The notes beneath the pieces are model-generated. The model did not search any database, had not been told where the DNA came from, and saw only the letters and a program-made list of their open reading frames with translations. Positions 33,976 through 35,165 of a stretch of 35,165 bases of DNA are shown piece after piece. How positions within the stretch are numbered: the stretch's first letter is position 1; every line of letters begins with the position of its first letter. The position numbers were made by a program, and so were the translations under genes. The stretch comes from a virus (taxonomy: Duplodnaviria; Caudoviricetes): positions 1 through 35,165 of the IMG/VR virus record IMGVR_UViG_3300044788_000002; one strand, given 5' to 3'.

Positions 33976-34436
33976 CGGCGTGCCTCCTTCGACTGGTACA
34001 TGGCCGCATCGGCCTCAGCCAGGGTTGCTCCGACACCGGCTGAGGCGGTCACTGCACCTGCCCGCCATCGGTGGATGATGTTCCTCATGCGGATCGCACT
34101 GGCGAGCCTCGGGGACCACACAACAAACTCGTCCCCACCAACGCGGCAGGCCACTCGGTCCCCTCCCCAACCGTTGCGGAGGAGGAAGTGGGCGAACTCG
34201 CGCAGGATCAGGTCACCGAATGCGTGGCCGAGTGGGTGCGCGTCCTGTGCGCGCTTGAAGCCATTCAGGTCGATGGCGACGAAGAACCCCCCGCGCCCGT
34301 GGGAGCGTTCCTCCAGCAGGCGCCGGTTGCCCAGGCCAGTCAAGGGATCATGCCCCGCTGCATGGCACAGACTCTCGATCTCCTGCTTGAGCGCGCTCAC
34401 TTGGCGCGACAGAGATGTCACGGTCAGGTTGGTCAT
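33972..34436 (-). CDS. Stand-alone GGDEF-domain protein (putative diguanylate cyclase)
   Basis: HDPLTGLGNRR, IDLNGFK...D...GH..GD..L, RVGGDEF, SAGV, AD.AMY..K; short N-terminal coiled coil. Confidence 0.9.
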   Translation of the reverse strand: MTNLTVTSLSRQVSALKQEIESLCHAAGHDPLTGLGNRRLLEERSHGRGGFFVAIDLNGFKRAQDAHPLGHAFGDLILREFAHFLLRNGWGGDRVACRVGGDEFVVWSPRLASAIRMRNIIHRWRAGAVTASAGVGATLAEADAAMYQSKEARR

Positions 34437-34480
34437 TGGCTTCCTCTCGCTCCGTCTTCGGAGAGCGTATCCCCAGAACC

Positions 34481-35074
34481 TTAGTCGGGGTGAGACTTTC
34501 CGTCAACTTCGATTCGCTGGTGCACTCCGAACATGTGGGTGGCCGCTGAGAGCCTGACTTGAGCATTGGGCCGGCAGCCCTCGACATCCACTCCGAACTT
34601 CTCCAGGGCCTTCGCCATCCGGCCTCGCAGCTTCTTCTCCAGGCGCGAACCCTCATCGCTCGGGGCGCAGAGGTCGGACCACTTGTTGGTCTTGACGATC
34701 GAGCACAGCTCACCCTCGGCTGTCTCGCGGATGTTATCGTCAGCGATGAAGTTGTCCACCTCGTACATGACGATGTCCGAGACGCGGTAGGTGACCACCA
34801 GGCCCACCTCGACCATGATGCCATCCTCGGTCTCCAACGGGATCGGGTCGATGGGGAGTGTGAAGCGGGTCACCTCATGCGTCACCACCTTCGATCTCCA
34901 TGGGAAGTACCAATGGAGTCCTGGCAGCAGCTCGCGCGCATCACCTCCGCCGGGGTATAGTACTCCCCGCTCATTCACCCGCACGATGATGAGGTGAGGG
35001 ACGAAGCCGATCAGGAACTGAACGAAGTCCCCTAGCCACCCGATCAGCTGTGCGAGCAGCTCCCCGAGGGTCAC
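34481..35074 (-). CDS. SPFH / Band-7 family membrane protein
   Basis: Hydrophobic N-terminus, IV...ERGV....G.....L.PGLHW..PW, T.DG..V.V..V.Y.V.D and FGV.V. Confidence 0.8.
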   Translation of the reverse strand: MTLGELLAQLIGWLGDFVQFLIGFVPHLIIVRVNERGVLYPGGGDARELLPGLHWYFPWRSKVVTHEVTRFTLPIDPIPLETEDGIMVEVGLVVTYRVSDIVMYEVDNFIADDNIRETAEGELCSIVKTNKWSDLCAPSDEGSRLEKKLRGRMAKALEKFGVDVEGCRPNAQVRLSAATHMFGVHQRIEVDGKSHPD

Positions 35075-35165
35075 TTGGGCAACTCTCCCGGAATCTCTCG
35101 CAGCTTGCCCACCCAGCGACAGCAGCCGCTGGCACAGGCTTGGTAGCTGGCCTTGGCAGCTGCAG
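35071..35165 (-). CDS. C-terminal end of an upstream gene (partial)
   Basis: Open frame ...AAAKASYQACASGCCRWVGKLREIPGELPK* with its stop overlapping the SPFH GTG. Confidence 0.4.
   Translation of the reverse strand, partial: AAAKASYQACASGCCRWVGKLREIPGELPK

Noticed and set aside
33491-34036. N-terminal 182 aa of ORF 32828..34036
   Set aside because: It overlaps the MazG-like gene in another frame; the ATGA-coupled start at 33490 is more plausible.
35087-35096. Additional CCGGAATC copy near the right edge
   Set aside because: It lies within coding sequence and lacks the downstream CCGATAG box; probably chance.

Overview
High-GC, densely coding segment of a tailed dsDNA phage or prophage with siphovirus-type morphogenesis genes, almost all on the minus strand. 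In transcription order (right to left): (1) an accessory/nucleotide-metabolism region at ~27.6-35.1 kb with an SPFH protein, a stand-alone GGDEF protein, a MazG-like pyrophosphatase, a hexapeptide-repeat protein, a dNMP kinase, a lipoprotein, SSB and small hypotheticals; (2) an AT-richer non-coding element with nested inverted repeats at ~27.2-27.5 kb (candidate origin or packaging site); (3) terS, a holin-like gene and terL; (4) an insert between terL and portal holding a lipoprotein metallopeptidase, an unknown 368-aa ORF and a counter-oriented four-gene cassette ending in a SLOG protein, preceded by sigma28/FliA-like promoter motifs; (5) a DUF935-type portal with a C-terminal extension, a fibre/spike and neck module placed before the capsid genes, MuF, an apparently split prohead protease/scaffold, decoration protein and major capsid protein; (6) tail completion genes, tail tube, tail chaperones with a -1 frameshift, tape measure and YuA/M6-like tail-tip genes running off the left edge. 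No integrase, endolysin, tRNA, rRNA or CRISPR array was seen. Family calls come from motif recognition by eye, not database searches; the host is unknown.
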